A stretch of DNA of 23,234 bases from Deltaproteobacteria bacterium TL4 (GTDB lineage Bacteria; SAR324; NAC60-12), in NCBI GenBank assembly GCA_051382335.1, contig JBBCAX010000386.1, positions 1-23,234 on the forward strand. Reading direction: 5' to 3'. Of this stretch, positions 11,873-20,484 are shown one piece after another. The position numbers and the translations under genes were made by a program. Within the stretch, counting starts at the first letter, position 1, and each line of letters opens with the position of its first letter. Below the pieces are notes generated by a model that saw nothing but the letters and a program-made list of their open reading frames with translations, ran no database searches and was not told the DNA's origin.

Positions 11873-12151
11873 ATGGCGTTAAAACATCTCCATATTAGCG
11901 TTTTTGGTATCGTTCAAGGCGTTTCATTCCGATACTATACAACCCTCAAGGCCTGTGAACTTGGGGTTAAAGGCTTTGTCCGTAACGAACACAACGGGGC
12001 GGTTTATATTGAAGCAGAGGCGGATGAGGAAACGCTTGAAGTTTTTGTCCAATGGTGTCATCACGGCCCTCCTCTCGCTTCTGTGAAGCGTGTTGAAGTA
12101 ACCGAGTCTCCAATCTTTAAAAATTTCCCAGAGTTCCGGACTGCGTATTGA
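11873..12151 (+). CDS. acyP: Acylphosphatase
   Basis: GIVQGVSFR, GFVRN..G.V and GPP motifs; 92 aa; GGAG SD. Confidence 0.95.
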   Translation: MALKHLHISVFGIVQGVSFRYYTTLKACELGVKGFVRNEHNGAVYIEAEADEETLEVFVQWCHHGPPLASVKRVEVTESPIFKNFPEFRTAY

Positions 12152-12188
12152 AAAAAGAGGCGCTATCAGCAATCTGTTGAACTAGAGC

Positions 12189-12217
12189 TTGCAATTTGAC
12201 TTTGATTTTTCTAATGT
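12189..12217 (+). promoter_or_regulatory. Candidate sigma70 promoter for the pyrophosphatase gene
   Basis: TTGCAA-N17-TAATGT. Confidence 0.35.
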
Positions 12218-12439
12218 TGACCGTTTTTTATCTATTGGGGCTTGGTGTGTATAGGCCTGCATGGGAGAATACCAGTGAAGACTTATCAAGTTTTCTTTTT
12301 ATTTGAGCGGAAGTGGTAATAGCGCATGTTCTCTGTGCTTTTATCGTTGCCAATTCATCTCAAAGCCGATAATGGCTAGATGGAAGCCTTTTTCATCTAT
12401 CACATTATCACTATAACCATTATTAGGGAGTTAGACTGT

Positions 12440-14569
12440 ATGAATAACGTTGTATATAGCATCCTTGGGCTAGGATCGCTAGGCCTGATCATTGCCTTCT
12501 ATTATGCGGGCAGAGTCATGAGCGTTTCGGTTTCGAAAGGAGCCAAGAACGCCGAAGAAGAAAGCCGCTTGAAATTTATTCACGGTGCCATTTCAAAAGG
12601 AGCCATGGCTTTTTTGATGCAGCAGTACAAGTACATGGCCGTTTTTATCATTGTTTTTTCGACCATCATTATCGTCCTCATCGACGATCCCAATACCCCA
12701 GATGTGTATGAAGGCGTCTACACCGCTGTGGCCTTTGTCTTTGGATGTATTATTTCTATTCTTTCCGGGTTTCTTGGAATGAAAATCGCGACCGCAGGAA
12801 ATGTCCGAACTACGGTTTCGGCAAGAGAATCCATAGGAAAAGCGTTTGATATTGCTGTTCGTAGCGGCGCTGTTATGGGTTTTGGACTTGTCGGGCTCGC
12901 GACTTTAGGGCTCGTACTCGTTTATGTTCTATTAAAGTATCTTCTTCCCGATTTGAGTACTCACATCCTGATGGAAGTGATGGCGGGGTTTGGACTTGGC
13001 GGTTCTTCGATTGCGCTGTTTGCCCGGGTAGGGGGAGGGATTTACACTAAAGCTGCGGATGTAGGTGCCGGTTTGGTTGGAAAAGTGGAAAAAGGAATTC
13101 CCGAAGACGATCCCAGGAATCCTGCTGTGATTGCTGACAATGTTGGCGATAACGTTGGTGATGTTGCTGGAATGGGTGCTGACCTGTTTGGTTCTTGTGC
13201 TGAAAGTACTTGCGCTGCAATGGTTATTGGCGCGGTTGCTTTCTCTAATGATTTATGGGCCTTGTTATTCCCCATTCTAATCACTGCGATTAGCATCCCT
13301 TTTAGTTTTCTCGCAATGTTTTCAGCTCGTGTAAAAGAAGAAAAAGATGTACAAAATGCCTTGAAATATATGTTGATTGTCGCCTCAGCACTGATGGCGG
13401 TAGTTGTCTTTGTTCTCACCCTTTACGTTTTACCTGCATCCTTTGCAATCAACGGTGTTGAATATAGCAGTTTAGGCGTTTACTGGTGCTACCTTTCCGG
13501 ACTGGCTGCCGGGTTGCTCATCGGATTGATGACCGAGATGTACACCTCCGCGACTTACAAACCTGTACGAGAAGTGGCACAAGCTTCTGAAACTGGTGCC
13601 GCAACCAACATTATTTTTGGTCTGGCCTTAGGATATCATAGTGCGGTTGGTCCCATTTTAGCCATTGCGGTAAGCATCTTTATCCCCTTCACTTTTGCTG
13701 GAATGTACGGAGTCGCAATTGCGGCATTGGGAATGCTGAGTACTTTGGTGATTTGTTTAACTATTGACGCTTATGGCCCCGTTTCTGATAATGCTGGTGG
13801 AATTGCTGAAATGTGCGGAATGGAAGAGGTCATTCGACAGCGGACTGATGTTTTAGATTCTGCGGGAAATACCACCGCGGCCATAGGAAAAGGCTTTGCT
13901 ATTGGTTCTGCCATTCTTACAGCCTTAGCTTTGTTCGCCGCATTTTTGACACGGGCGGATCATTTGCAACCAGAACGTCACATCATGGATAATATCAGTT
14001 TATTAGATCCTCTGGTATTGTGTGGTCTGTTCGTTGGCGCGGTTATTCCTTATCTGTTTTCTGCGTTAACCATGAAATCTGTAGGAAAAGCGGCATTTGA
14101 CATGATTGAGGAAGTACGACGGCAATTCAAGACGATTCCTGGAATTATGGAAGGCACGGCTGATCCTGATTATGAACTCTGTGTTGCCATCTCAACTAAA
14201 GCCGCTTTACGAGAAATGCTTCTTCCTGGTGTTTTGACCATGGGAACGCCACTTGTAGTTGGCTTTTTATTTGGTATTCCAATGCTGGCAGGCGTTTTAG
14301 CCGGTTCCTTGATTTCAGGTGGTGTTCTGGCAATTGCGTCCGCTAATGCTGGTGGTGCATGGGATAATGCGAAAAAATACATTGAAGCTGGAAATTTAGG
14401 CGGTAAAGGAACCGATACTCATAAAGCGGCAGTCGTTGGTGATACGGTTGGGGATCCGTTCAAAGATACGTCTGGTCCATCATTGAATATCTTAATCAAA
14501 CTCTCTGCTATCTTGAGCTTGGTGTTTGTTCCATTTTTCGTTCAGTATGGTGGGATTCTCGTAGGTTAG
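12440..14569 (+). CDS. hppA: Membrane-bound ion-translocating pyrophosphatase, K+-dependent plant-type (probably H+)
   Basis: [13 protein letters not shown](G)[58 protein letters not shown] and [14 protein letters not shown] motifs; AGGGAG SD before ATG 12440. Confidence 0.95.
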   Translation: MNNVVYSILGLGSLGLIIAFYYAGRVMSVSVSKGAKNAEEESRLKFIHGAISKGAMAFLMQQYKYMAVFIIVFSTIIIVLIDDPNTPDVYEGVYTAVAFVFGCIISILSGFLGMKIATAGNVRTTVSARESIGKAFDIAVRSGAVMGFGLVGLATLGLVLVYVLLKYLLPDLSTHILMEVMAGFGLGGSSIALFARVGGGIYTKAADVGAGLVGKVEKGIPEDDPRNPAVIADNVGDNVGDVAGMGADLFGSCAESTCAAMVIGAVAFSNDLWALLFPILITAISIPFSFLAMFSARVKEEKDVQNALKYMLIVASALMAVVVFVLTLYVLPASFAINGVEYSSLGVYWCYLSGLAAGLLIGLMTEMYTSATYKPVREVAQASETGAATNIIFGLALGYHSAVGPILAIAVSIFIPFTFAGMYGVAIAALGMLSTLVICLTIDAYGPVSDNAGGIAEMCGMEEVIRQRTDVLDSAGNTTAAIGKGFAIGSAILTALALFAAFLTRADHLQPERHIMDNISLLDPLVLCGLFVGAVIPYLFSALTMKSVGKAAFDMIEEVRRQFKTIPGIMEGTADPDYELCVAISTKAALREMLLPGVLTMGTPLVVGFLFGIPMLAGVLAGSLISGGVLAIASANAGGAWDNAKKYIEAGNLGGKGTDTHKAAVVGDTVGDPFKDTSGPSLNILIKLSAILSLVFVPFFVQYGGILVG

Positions 14570-14585
14570 AATCACATTTAAGTCA

Positions 14586-14626
14586 GAGTAAGGGCGCCCT
14601 GGACAAGCCCCCTTACTCCTTCTCCT
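14586..14626 (+). terminator. Hairpin after hppA
   Basis: GAGTAAGGG (14586-14594) / CCCTTACTC (14610-14618) inverted repeat followed by CTTCTCCT. Confidence 0.5.
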
Positions 14627-14711
14627 CAAGAATGCTCTTGAAAGAAATGCTGAATTTAAAAAAAACTTGTGATATTTGAGCATTCATCATACCTATGACG
14701 CTCTTAAAGAA

Positions 14712-14785
14712 GGGCCTATAGCTCAGTTGGTTAGAGCAGCCGACTCATAATCGGCTGGTCCCTGGTTCAAGTCCAGGTGGGCCCA
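14712..14785 (+). tRNA. tRNA-Ile2 (anticodon CAT, lysidine type); 3' CCA not encoded
   Basis: Cloverleaf: acceptor GGGCCTA/TGGGCCC, D arm GCTC/GAGC, anticodon arm GCCGA-CTCATAA-TCGGC, T arm CCTGG-TTCAAGT-CCAGG. It closely resembles enterobacterial ileX and lacks initiator features (has a G1-C72 pair, no triple G-C in the anticodon stem). Confidence 0.92.
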
Positions 14786-14912
14786 CTTTTAATTCCGTCC
14801 TTATTGCCCTGTATGTGAAAATTATTAAGCCTCTATTTTCCTCTTCGTTCAATTTTTCAGAGAATGATGTCCCCTTGAACAGATTTTTGAGTACATTCGG
14901 AACTCGCTGTTT

Positions 14913-17537
14913 TTATTTCTTTTTAATGTGAATGCCTGAAATCCAATCAACGCCTTCGTCCACTACGATTTTAAATGGCGGTGGTGGCTTTGGGTGACCT
15001 TTGACCTGTAACCAGTAAGTACCCGGGGTCAAACGTTCAATCACAAAAAATCCATCAACTTCGACAGTGCCGAAGGATACGACTTGATGAGATTCATTGA
15101 TCGCTTCAATAGAAATTTCCAGTTGAGGCTCAGGTTCAAGCTCAACCGATCCGTCAATTCCAGCACTCCATGTCAATTCCGGATCATACTCAATCTGCGT
15201 ACTGGGCCGAAAGATCACTACCTCAAAGTCTTTTTTCGGAAGGAGTCCAATATCAATCGAAGAAGGTTCGAGTTTTACTTCAATCCGTTGATAGGTTGGA
15301 AGCCCGGTAATGATGTATTTTCCATTGATATCGGTAACACCTCTTTGGGTTCCGGCTTTAACAACGACGCCTGCAAGGGGCAATGGAAGTTGGTCCGGAC
15401 GCGCAGGAACCATAACCCTTCCGGAAAGAGTCCCCATCCCAAAATGGCGAGGATCCGTAGGACCTTGCTTATGAGAGATAATATCCGTCCAGTTAATTTG
15501 TCCACTCTGTCCCTGTTCATAGATTCGAAGACTTGTATTGATTTTACTGGTTGGATTCCACAGGATCGATAAGGAATATCTCGTTTCATTATCATCAGGC
15601 AGGGTCAGATTGAAGGTGAGATCCCAAGGCACCAACTCCTTTCCCTGAAAGCGATACGTAAAGGTCGTATCCCCAAAGGCGTTCTGCAACGTTCGAACCA
15701 GCTTAACTCCCTGATATTCCGATGAGTATTCCGCACCGTACATCTTTTTATCCGTGTATTCTCCGTTGAAAAATCGCTTGAACTCCGGTTCGGTGTAGAT
15801 CGACCATTGATAGGAAATTCGATATCTCAATGTGGGTTGCAATGCCTGTTCGATGGTATTTTGAAAGTACCTTGCTTGCCAAGCCCATTCTTTATAGGTG
15901 ATATTATGGGTAAGCTGATAAAATTCAGTCGACTTTTGTTCTCCGGAATAGATTCGGTAAAAAGGGCTAAGCGGATCTAAAAACCGGGCTTCCAGCTCAA
16001 TCACATGGGGATTGAAGTAGGAAATATTCACCAGCACGCCATAGTCTGTACTGATTTCAGATTGAAGCTTTTCGGCCAGTAACGTCAGCCCATAGAAGGG
16101 TCTATAGGCAAGATCCACTCCGGCGATTCCCATAAACTGATCCACGCCTACCATGAGGGATTGTAGTTCGTCGTAGAGTTGATAAAAATGCAACCCCATC
16201 GAGCCATTACTCAAAAGTCCATAGCGAAAATCAACATGAGCGATCTCTCCGGAAGGCGCATCTCCATAATAAAATTGCGCATCCCAGTTTTTTGGTGCCA
16301 GGATTCGCCCATTATCCGGTGCAATACGAATGATTTCTTCCTTGGAAAATCCATCGGGATAATAATAGTTCAGTGATAATACGCCTCCTCCTGATACATG
16401 AACATCCTGGAATTCATAAATTCCTGTTCCGTCTGCCGCGTCAAAAAGTCCTAAGACATCGAGTTTTGATTCGGGTAGAGGCTGGACCTTGGTGAACGCG
16501 ACTAAAAGACCATTGTGATACAGTTCAACTTCTGTACCTATGGGAGCAAAACCACTAAAGTTGAGGATTCCCACCCCCTGTTCCGGTTCAAGTCGTTGTA
16601 ACCGAAACCCAGTTTTTAACATCAGCGAAGGAACAATCAGCGTTTCTGAGAGACGAAGATCTCCCATCTCAAAAAGGTGAAAGTATTTTTGCCCTAACCG
16701 GGTATACCGCCATTGGGAAAAATCGATATTTTCAATTTGTTTCTGACTTTCTATTTGAGTAAAAGAACCAGACCCTTGCAGGGTTCCTTCTAAATAATCC
16801 GCGTTATATTCATAAAAAAAATCGCTGAATTGGGCGCGCACCCCTTCTTCTTGAAGTCTAGTCAGTTCCTGTGAATATTGTAAGCGGTAACGAAGCTCAT
16901 TCCGAAAGATATCGGTTGGCGCTAACGGCGGAATTGACTCAATGCGTTCTCTTTCTACCTTATTTTTAAGATATTTTTTTCGTAATTCCTCCCGTTGTTG
17001 CGTCACATCTTTCAGGGGTGGATACTGAGGGATAAATCTTAAAAAAAATTGGGAAAGACTCCAGGAAACGGTAACCGGAACCCATTGTTCCCATAAGTCA
17101 TACCGTAACCACATTTTATCTTCCACGAAGATGAGTCCTTCGGCAGGAAAGCTGAGGGGATCCTCAAGAGCTGTACTCTGAAGTTGAAAGGTCTTTCCAT
17201 TTATCTGATAGGTGTGCTTTTTAATCGGAGATTCCGCAATGCAGTGACGTGTCTCCACATCACAGCTCCCTCGCATTTCCATCCAATGAAAAAGAGCGTC
17301 CTCCATGTCGATATAGGGGTGTTCTTCCTGGTCCATCATGACCCGATAAAAAGAATTACCCTGATTTTTTCTGACCTGAAAAGCGATGAAGCCTTCATAG
17401 TAGGCGGGCGATTCACTAGAACTAAGATCGGTTTCTGAAGCGGTTTCTTCAGCGAGGGCAGAGGAAAAGGCTAAAACACAAAGAACAAGGAACGACAGTA
17501 GCGATTTTAGTCTTTTGAGAGTTGCGGTGGACACCAT
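14913..17537 (-). CDS. Divergent fimbrial outer-membrane usher-like protein
   Basis: Signal peptide; about 875 aa. The central segment FSGFAPIGTEVELYHNG...GIYEFQDV...YYPDG matches the usher plug pattern, flanked by aromatic-rich amphipathic beta strands. Two C-terminal carboxypeptidase-regulatory-like domains (TDINGKYIITGLP, VDGFFVIERLTPGTY). Adjacent to chaperone and pilin genes. Confidence 0.75.
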   Translation of the reverse strand: MVSTATLKRLKSLLSFLVLCVLAFSSALAEETASETDLSSSESPAYYEGFIAFQVRKNQGNSFYRVMMDQEEHPYIDMEDALFHWMEMRGSCDVETRHCIAESPIKKHTYQINGKTFQLQSTALEDPLSFPAEGLIFVEDKMWLRYDLWEQWVPVTVSWSLSQFFLRFIPQYPPLKDVTQQREELRKKYLKNKVERERIESIPPLAPTDIFRNELRYRLQYSQELTRLQEEGVRAQFSDFFYEYNADYLEGTLQGSGSFTQIESQKQIENIDFSQWRYTRLGQKYFHLFEMGDLRLSETLIVPSLMLKTGFRLQRLEPEQGVGILNFSGFAPIGTEVELYHNGLLVAFTKVQPLPESKLDVLGLFDAADGTGIYEFQDVHVSGGGVLSLNYYYPDGFSKEEIIRIAPDNGRILAPKNWDAQFYYGDAPSGEIAHVDFRYGLLSNGSMGLHFYQLYDELQSLMVGVDQFMGIAGVDLAYRPFYGLTLLAEKLQSEISTDYGVLVNISYFNPHVIELEARFLDPLSPFYRIYSGEQKSTEFYQLTHNITYKEWAWQARYFQNTIEQALQPTLRYRISYQWSIYTEPEFKRFFNGEYTDKKMYGAEYSSEYQGVKLVRTLQNAFGDTTFTYRFQGKELVPWDLTFNLTLPDDNETRYSLSILWNPTSKINTSLRIYEQGQSGQINWTDIISHKQGPTDPRHFGMGTLSGRVMVPARPDQLPLPLAGVVVKAGTQRGVTDINGKYIITGLPTYQRIEVKLEPSSIDIGLLPKKDFEVVIFRPSTQIEYDPELTWSAGIDGSVELEPEPQLEISIEAINESHQVVSFGTVEVDGFFVIERLTPGTYWLQVKGHPKPPPPFKIVVDEGVDWISGIHIKKK

Positions 17538-17552
17538 CACACATTGTCAAGC

Positions 17553-18374
17553 TCAGTTCTTTTGGGTTGTGTTGGTGACGAGCGGGCATTTACTCTCTCC
17601 ATCGTTGAAAACAGATTGGGTTTGACCCCAACGAATTTGAAGGGATTGAGGCAAAGGCTCTGTTGGAACCTTGAATTGAAACGTTCGCTTGCTTTCCCGT
17701 AATGAAATGAGTCGTTGAACCGCCATCGGTGACATCGGTTGAGCCTCATCAAAAACACCCATCCAACCACTATAACGCCACTGGCTCAGATTGATGACGT
17801 TCACCATAAATTCACCCGGCTGAACTTGTTCACACGCCCACTCAAAACGATACTTGGGTTCGCCCACTCTGCCATAAATGGCAATGCCAGTTTCCAGTTT
17901 GATCTCCAACTGAATACTCATGCCTTGTAGGCCTTTAGTGGATTCACTTTTCTTCTTTTGTTCTTCAAGGGTCTGGACCAGTAAATGGGAGCGATAATCC
18001 CCTGGTGATAATTGACCTTCGGGACGAACAGAAATGCGAATACTTCGATTTTGTCCCGGAGCCAAAGACAAAACTCTGGGGCTGACCAAAATGAATTTTT
18101 CGATATTCTCGACAGAGGCCACTTGGGGATTAAGATGGCTTCCCGCCGCCAAGGATTTCGAATCAATTTCAAAGTAAACCGGCCGTATCAAAAGACGAAT
18201 GGTCTCATCTCCGGTATTAGTCAATAAAAAGGTTTGAGTAGAAGCACGTGAAAGATTGATTTCAATGATCCCGGGAGCGACGGAGAAATTCTTGGCCGCC
18301 AAACTGATTTCCGGAAATCCCATGACTAAAAACACAAACATCCAAGCGATGACAACAGATTTTTGGTATTTCAT
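17553..18374 (-). CDS. Periplasmic fimbrial chaperone (PapD/EcpB-like)
   Basis: Signal peptide; FSVAPGIIEI, LTNTGDE, VSPRVLSLAPGQNRSIRI and GDYRSHLLV match the chaperone N-terminal Ig domain. Start placed at ATG 18374; the track starts at 18422. Confidence 0.85.
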   Translation of the reverse strand: MKYQKSVVIAWMFVFLVMGFPEISLAAKNFSVAPGIIEINLSRASTQTFLLTNTGDETIRLLIRPVYFEIDSKSLAAGSHLNPQVASVENIEKFILVSPRVLSLAPGQNRSIRISVRPEGQLSPGDYRSHLLVQTLEEQKKKSESTKGLQGMSIQLEIKLETGIAIYGRVGEPKYRFEWACEQVQPGEFMVNVINLSQWRYSGWMGVFDEAQPMSPMAVQRLISLRESKRTFQFKVPTEPLPQSLQIRWGQTQSVFNDGESKCPLVTNTTQKN

Positions 18375-18444
18375 ACATTCCAATTTGATATCAATTAAGC
18401 AAATTCCCAAACTTTTGAACAAATAAACAACAGGCCATGTTTGA

Positions 18445-19080
18445 TTACTGATAGACCACTCTTAGTGTCAGATATCCCAGATAATCTCCTGGAACAAGGT
18501 GAGGCGGAAGCTTTGCCGTCGCCCCAATGCGCATGTTATTCAACGCTCCTCGAATATCAAAAACGCCCGTCCCTCCCTGTAATCTTTCATTCAAGGAGCC
18601 TCCATAGGTAAAATCATTCACATGGATTTTTTTCTCTCCTTGATGTGAATGCGAATAGTTGTCAAGAAGATCCATGAAAGCCGGGTGCAAGACGGATACC
18701 CTTACCATTTCATTAGGTTCTCCTTTTGCGTCAAAAACGGCGGCACCCGAGTCATTGGGCAGGATAACGATTGTGCGCATATCCGACTCGGCTTCCACCG
18801 GATTAAAGTAAAGATCACTAACTTTGCTAATTTCAATCGGATATTTACACTTTTTTTTGTAGGCTTTCCACTCAGACTTGTCATGGCATTCTTCATAGCC
18901 ATGACCATCATCCTCTTCGTCGTCCGCGTAACTTAGGGTTGGAGATAGCACACCATCAGCAAGCAATAATAACGCAATGAAACACAATACAACAAGTTTT
19001 AAAAGCGCTCTCACAAGATTGCTTGTAATGGATCGTCTCTTCGTCATGGTTTTCTCATTGTTGATAAAATGCATACCCAT
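18445..19080 (-). CDS. DUF4402-like pilin subunit 3 (candidate minor/tip subunit)
   Basis: Signal peptide; ISKVSDLYF, FTYGGSL, IGATAKLP and C-terminal GDYLGYLTLRVVYQ are shared with the two paralogues. Alternative start at ATG 19047. Confidence 0.7.
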   Translation of the reverse strand: MGMHFINNEKTMTKRRSITSNLVRALLKLVVLCFIALLLLADGVLSPTLSYADDEEDDGHGYEECHDKSEWKAYKKKCKYPIEISKVSDLYFNPVEAESDMRTIVILPNDSGAAVFDAKGEPNEMVRVSVLHPAFMDLLDNYSHSHQGEKKIHVNDFTYGGSLNERLQGGTGVFDIRGALNNMRIGATAKLPPHLVPGDYLGYLTLRVVYQ

Positions 19081-19115
19081 TGCTTTGTCTGAAAATTTCG
19101 CGAAAAATCACAGTC

Positions 19116-19763
19116 TCAATTATAGACAACCACAAAGGTCATCTTACCCGTATAAACCCCGGGAAGTGGTTTTTCAGGAAGCACGGCAGTCACCCCAATA
19201 GCCGCACTGAGCGAGCCATTTTCTGAGCTAATCGTTCCCTGTCCATTCCCCTGCAAGTCGCCCCCAAAGGTAAATTTTTGAATGGTGATATTGCTTTTGC
19301 CATTTGCGTTATAGAGAGCGAGCTGGGATTCTTTGATGGAGGAGGAAATAAGTCTATTTTTTTCTCCGATGATGTTAATCTTCGCGGCACTGGGACTATC
19401 GGCACGAATCACAAAGGCACGACGGACAGACAGGTCTTTCTTTTTTTCAGCGTCAGAGGAAGTACTATTGCCCTGAGCGTTCGTTCCTGGGCCCCCTTGG
19501 GTTGTTTCTGAGGTGATGATTTCAACACCTTGATCTGTATTTTCGACAGTGACCTCAATTTCTTCAAGGCCGCTCTCTCCAGCCGAAAGGTCTATTGACA
19601 CATCATACCAACTGTCCTCACCGGGCTGAGCGACCCTAACAATTTGCATCTGGAGTGAAAAATTCTGTTCTGCGGCAAAAACGCACCAGCTTCCAAAGGT
19701 AAGGAATATCATGAAGACAACAAGGAGTCTGATTTGAGTGGGGCAAATAAATAACGGAGTCAT
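19116..19763 (-). CDS. DUF4402-like pilin subunit 2 (minor subunit)
   Basis: Signal peptide; mature N-terminus AEQNFSLQMQI, FTFGGDL, IGVTAVLP and C-terminal GVYTGKMTFVVVYN; GGAG SD. Confidence 0.7.
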   Translation of the reverse strand: MTPLFICPTQIRLLVVFMIFLTFGSWCVFAAEQNFSLQMQIVRVAQPGEDSWYDVSIDLSAGESGLEEIEVTVENTDQGVEIITSETTQGGPGTNAQGNSTSSDAEKKKDLSVRRAFVIRADSPSAAKINIIGEKNRLISSSIKESQLALYNANGKSNITIQKFTFGGDLQGNGQGTISSENGSLSAAIGVTAVLPEKPLPGVYTGKMTFVVVYN

Positions 19764-19967
19764 CACACTACTCCAAAGTTAGAGAACGCTTGGTTAACTG
19801 ATATTCAATCGCTGAGGCTCCCGCATTTCCTGATCCATCACGGATGATTCACTTGATGAAGCCCTACGAGCTGAGAAGAGGAGCATCCCACGGTCTCAAT
19901 CGCCAGAGCTGAAAAAGCCCCGCTATCTGTGGGGGAAAACAGTCTAGCCCATTATTTTTTTATTTAC

Positions 19968-20014
19968 AAAAGAAAAAAAAAGCAGGTCAGTGAAAAAATT
20001 TCACCAAACCCGCT
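19968..20014 (-). terminator. Intrinsic terminator after the major pilin gene
   Basis: Minus strand reads AGCGGGTTTGGTGAAA-TTT-TTTCACTGACCTGCT followed by a long T-run, 30 nt after the pilin stop. Confidence 0.75.
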
Positions 20015-20043
20015 TCGAGAAAAATTCGCTCAAACGTTTATTT

Positions 20044-20484
20044 TTATTGGTAAAGAACTGTGAAAGTTGCAGTTCCAGCGTACTCACCGGTTGATGCATT
20101 CGCAGGGACAGTAAGAGCCGCACCTACAGTCGCTGTAATACCGCCAGAAGCTAAGGTTCCCCTTCCCGCACTATCTAAAGGACTTCCAAAAGAAAAGGAA
20201 TCTATGCTAATCGTCTGAGTCCCATTAGACAACCCTGAACTGGTCACAGAGGCCGTAATCCCCGCTCCGGTCTGTCCTGTAATTTTGAATGATGCTCCTT
20301 GATCTGGAGTCACTGTTACGGGTTGCGCCGCACTGGAAACCTCGATCAGCGGAAAAACCAGGTCTGACACTTTCCCGATGGCAAGAGGTTGATAAACTTT
20401 CATACTCATTTGAAAAGTTTCTTCAGCCGCAAATAATGAGGGAAGGAACATCAAGCTTGCAAACAACACTATCAACTTTTTCAT
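20044..20484 (-). CDS. DUF4402-like pilin subunit 1 (probable major subunit)
   Basis: Short Sec signal peptide (MKKLIVLFASLMFLPSLFA); small Ser/Thr/Gly/Ala-rich beta protein; C-terminal GEYAGTATFTVLYQ; first gene of the operon; GAGG SD before ATG 20484. Confidence 0.8.
   Translation of the reverse strand: MKKLIVLFASLMFLPSLFAAEETFQMSMKVYQPLAIGKVSDLVFPLIEVSSAAQPVTVTPDQGASFKITGQTGAGITASVTSSGLSNGTQTISIDSFSFGSPLDSAGRGTLASGGITATVGAALTVPANASTGEYAGTATFTVLYQ

Noticed and set aside
12380..12439. N-terminal 20-aa extension of the pyrophosphatase in the ORF track
   Set aside because: ATG 12380 sits within a hairpin without an SD, whereas ATG 12440 has AGGGAG at suitable spacing.
13042..13419. 125-aa minus-strand ORF
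   Set aside because: Antisense shadow of hppA.
14712..14785. tRNA-Met/fMet call from the CAT anticodon
   Set aside because: Has a G1-C72 pair, no three consecutive G-C pairs in the anticodon stem, and overall similarity to ileX-type tRNAs, favouring Ile2.
15084..15595. 162-aa (+) and 106-aa (-) ORFs inside the usher gene
   Set aside because: Fully overlap a well-supported CDS and show no recognisable motifs.
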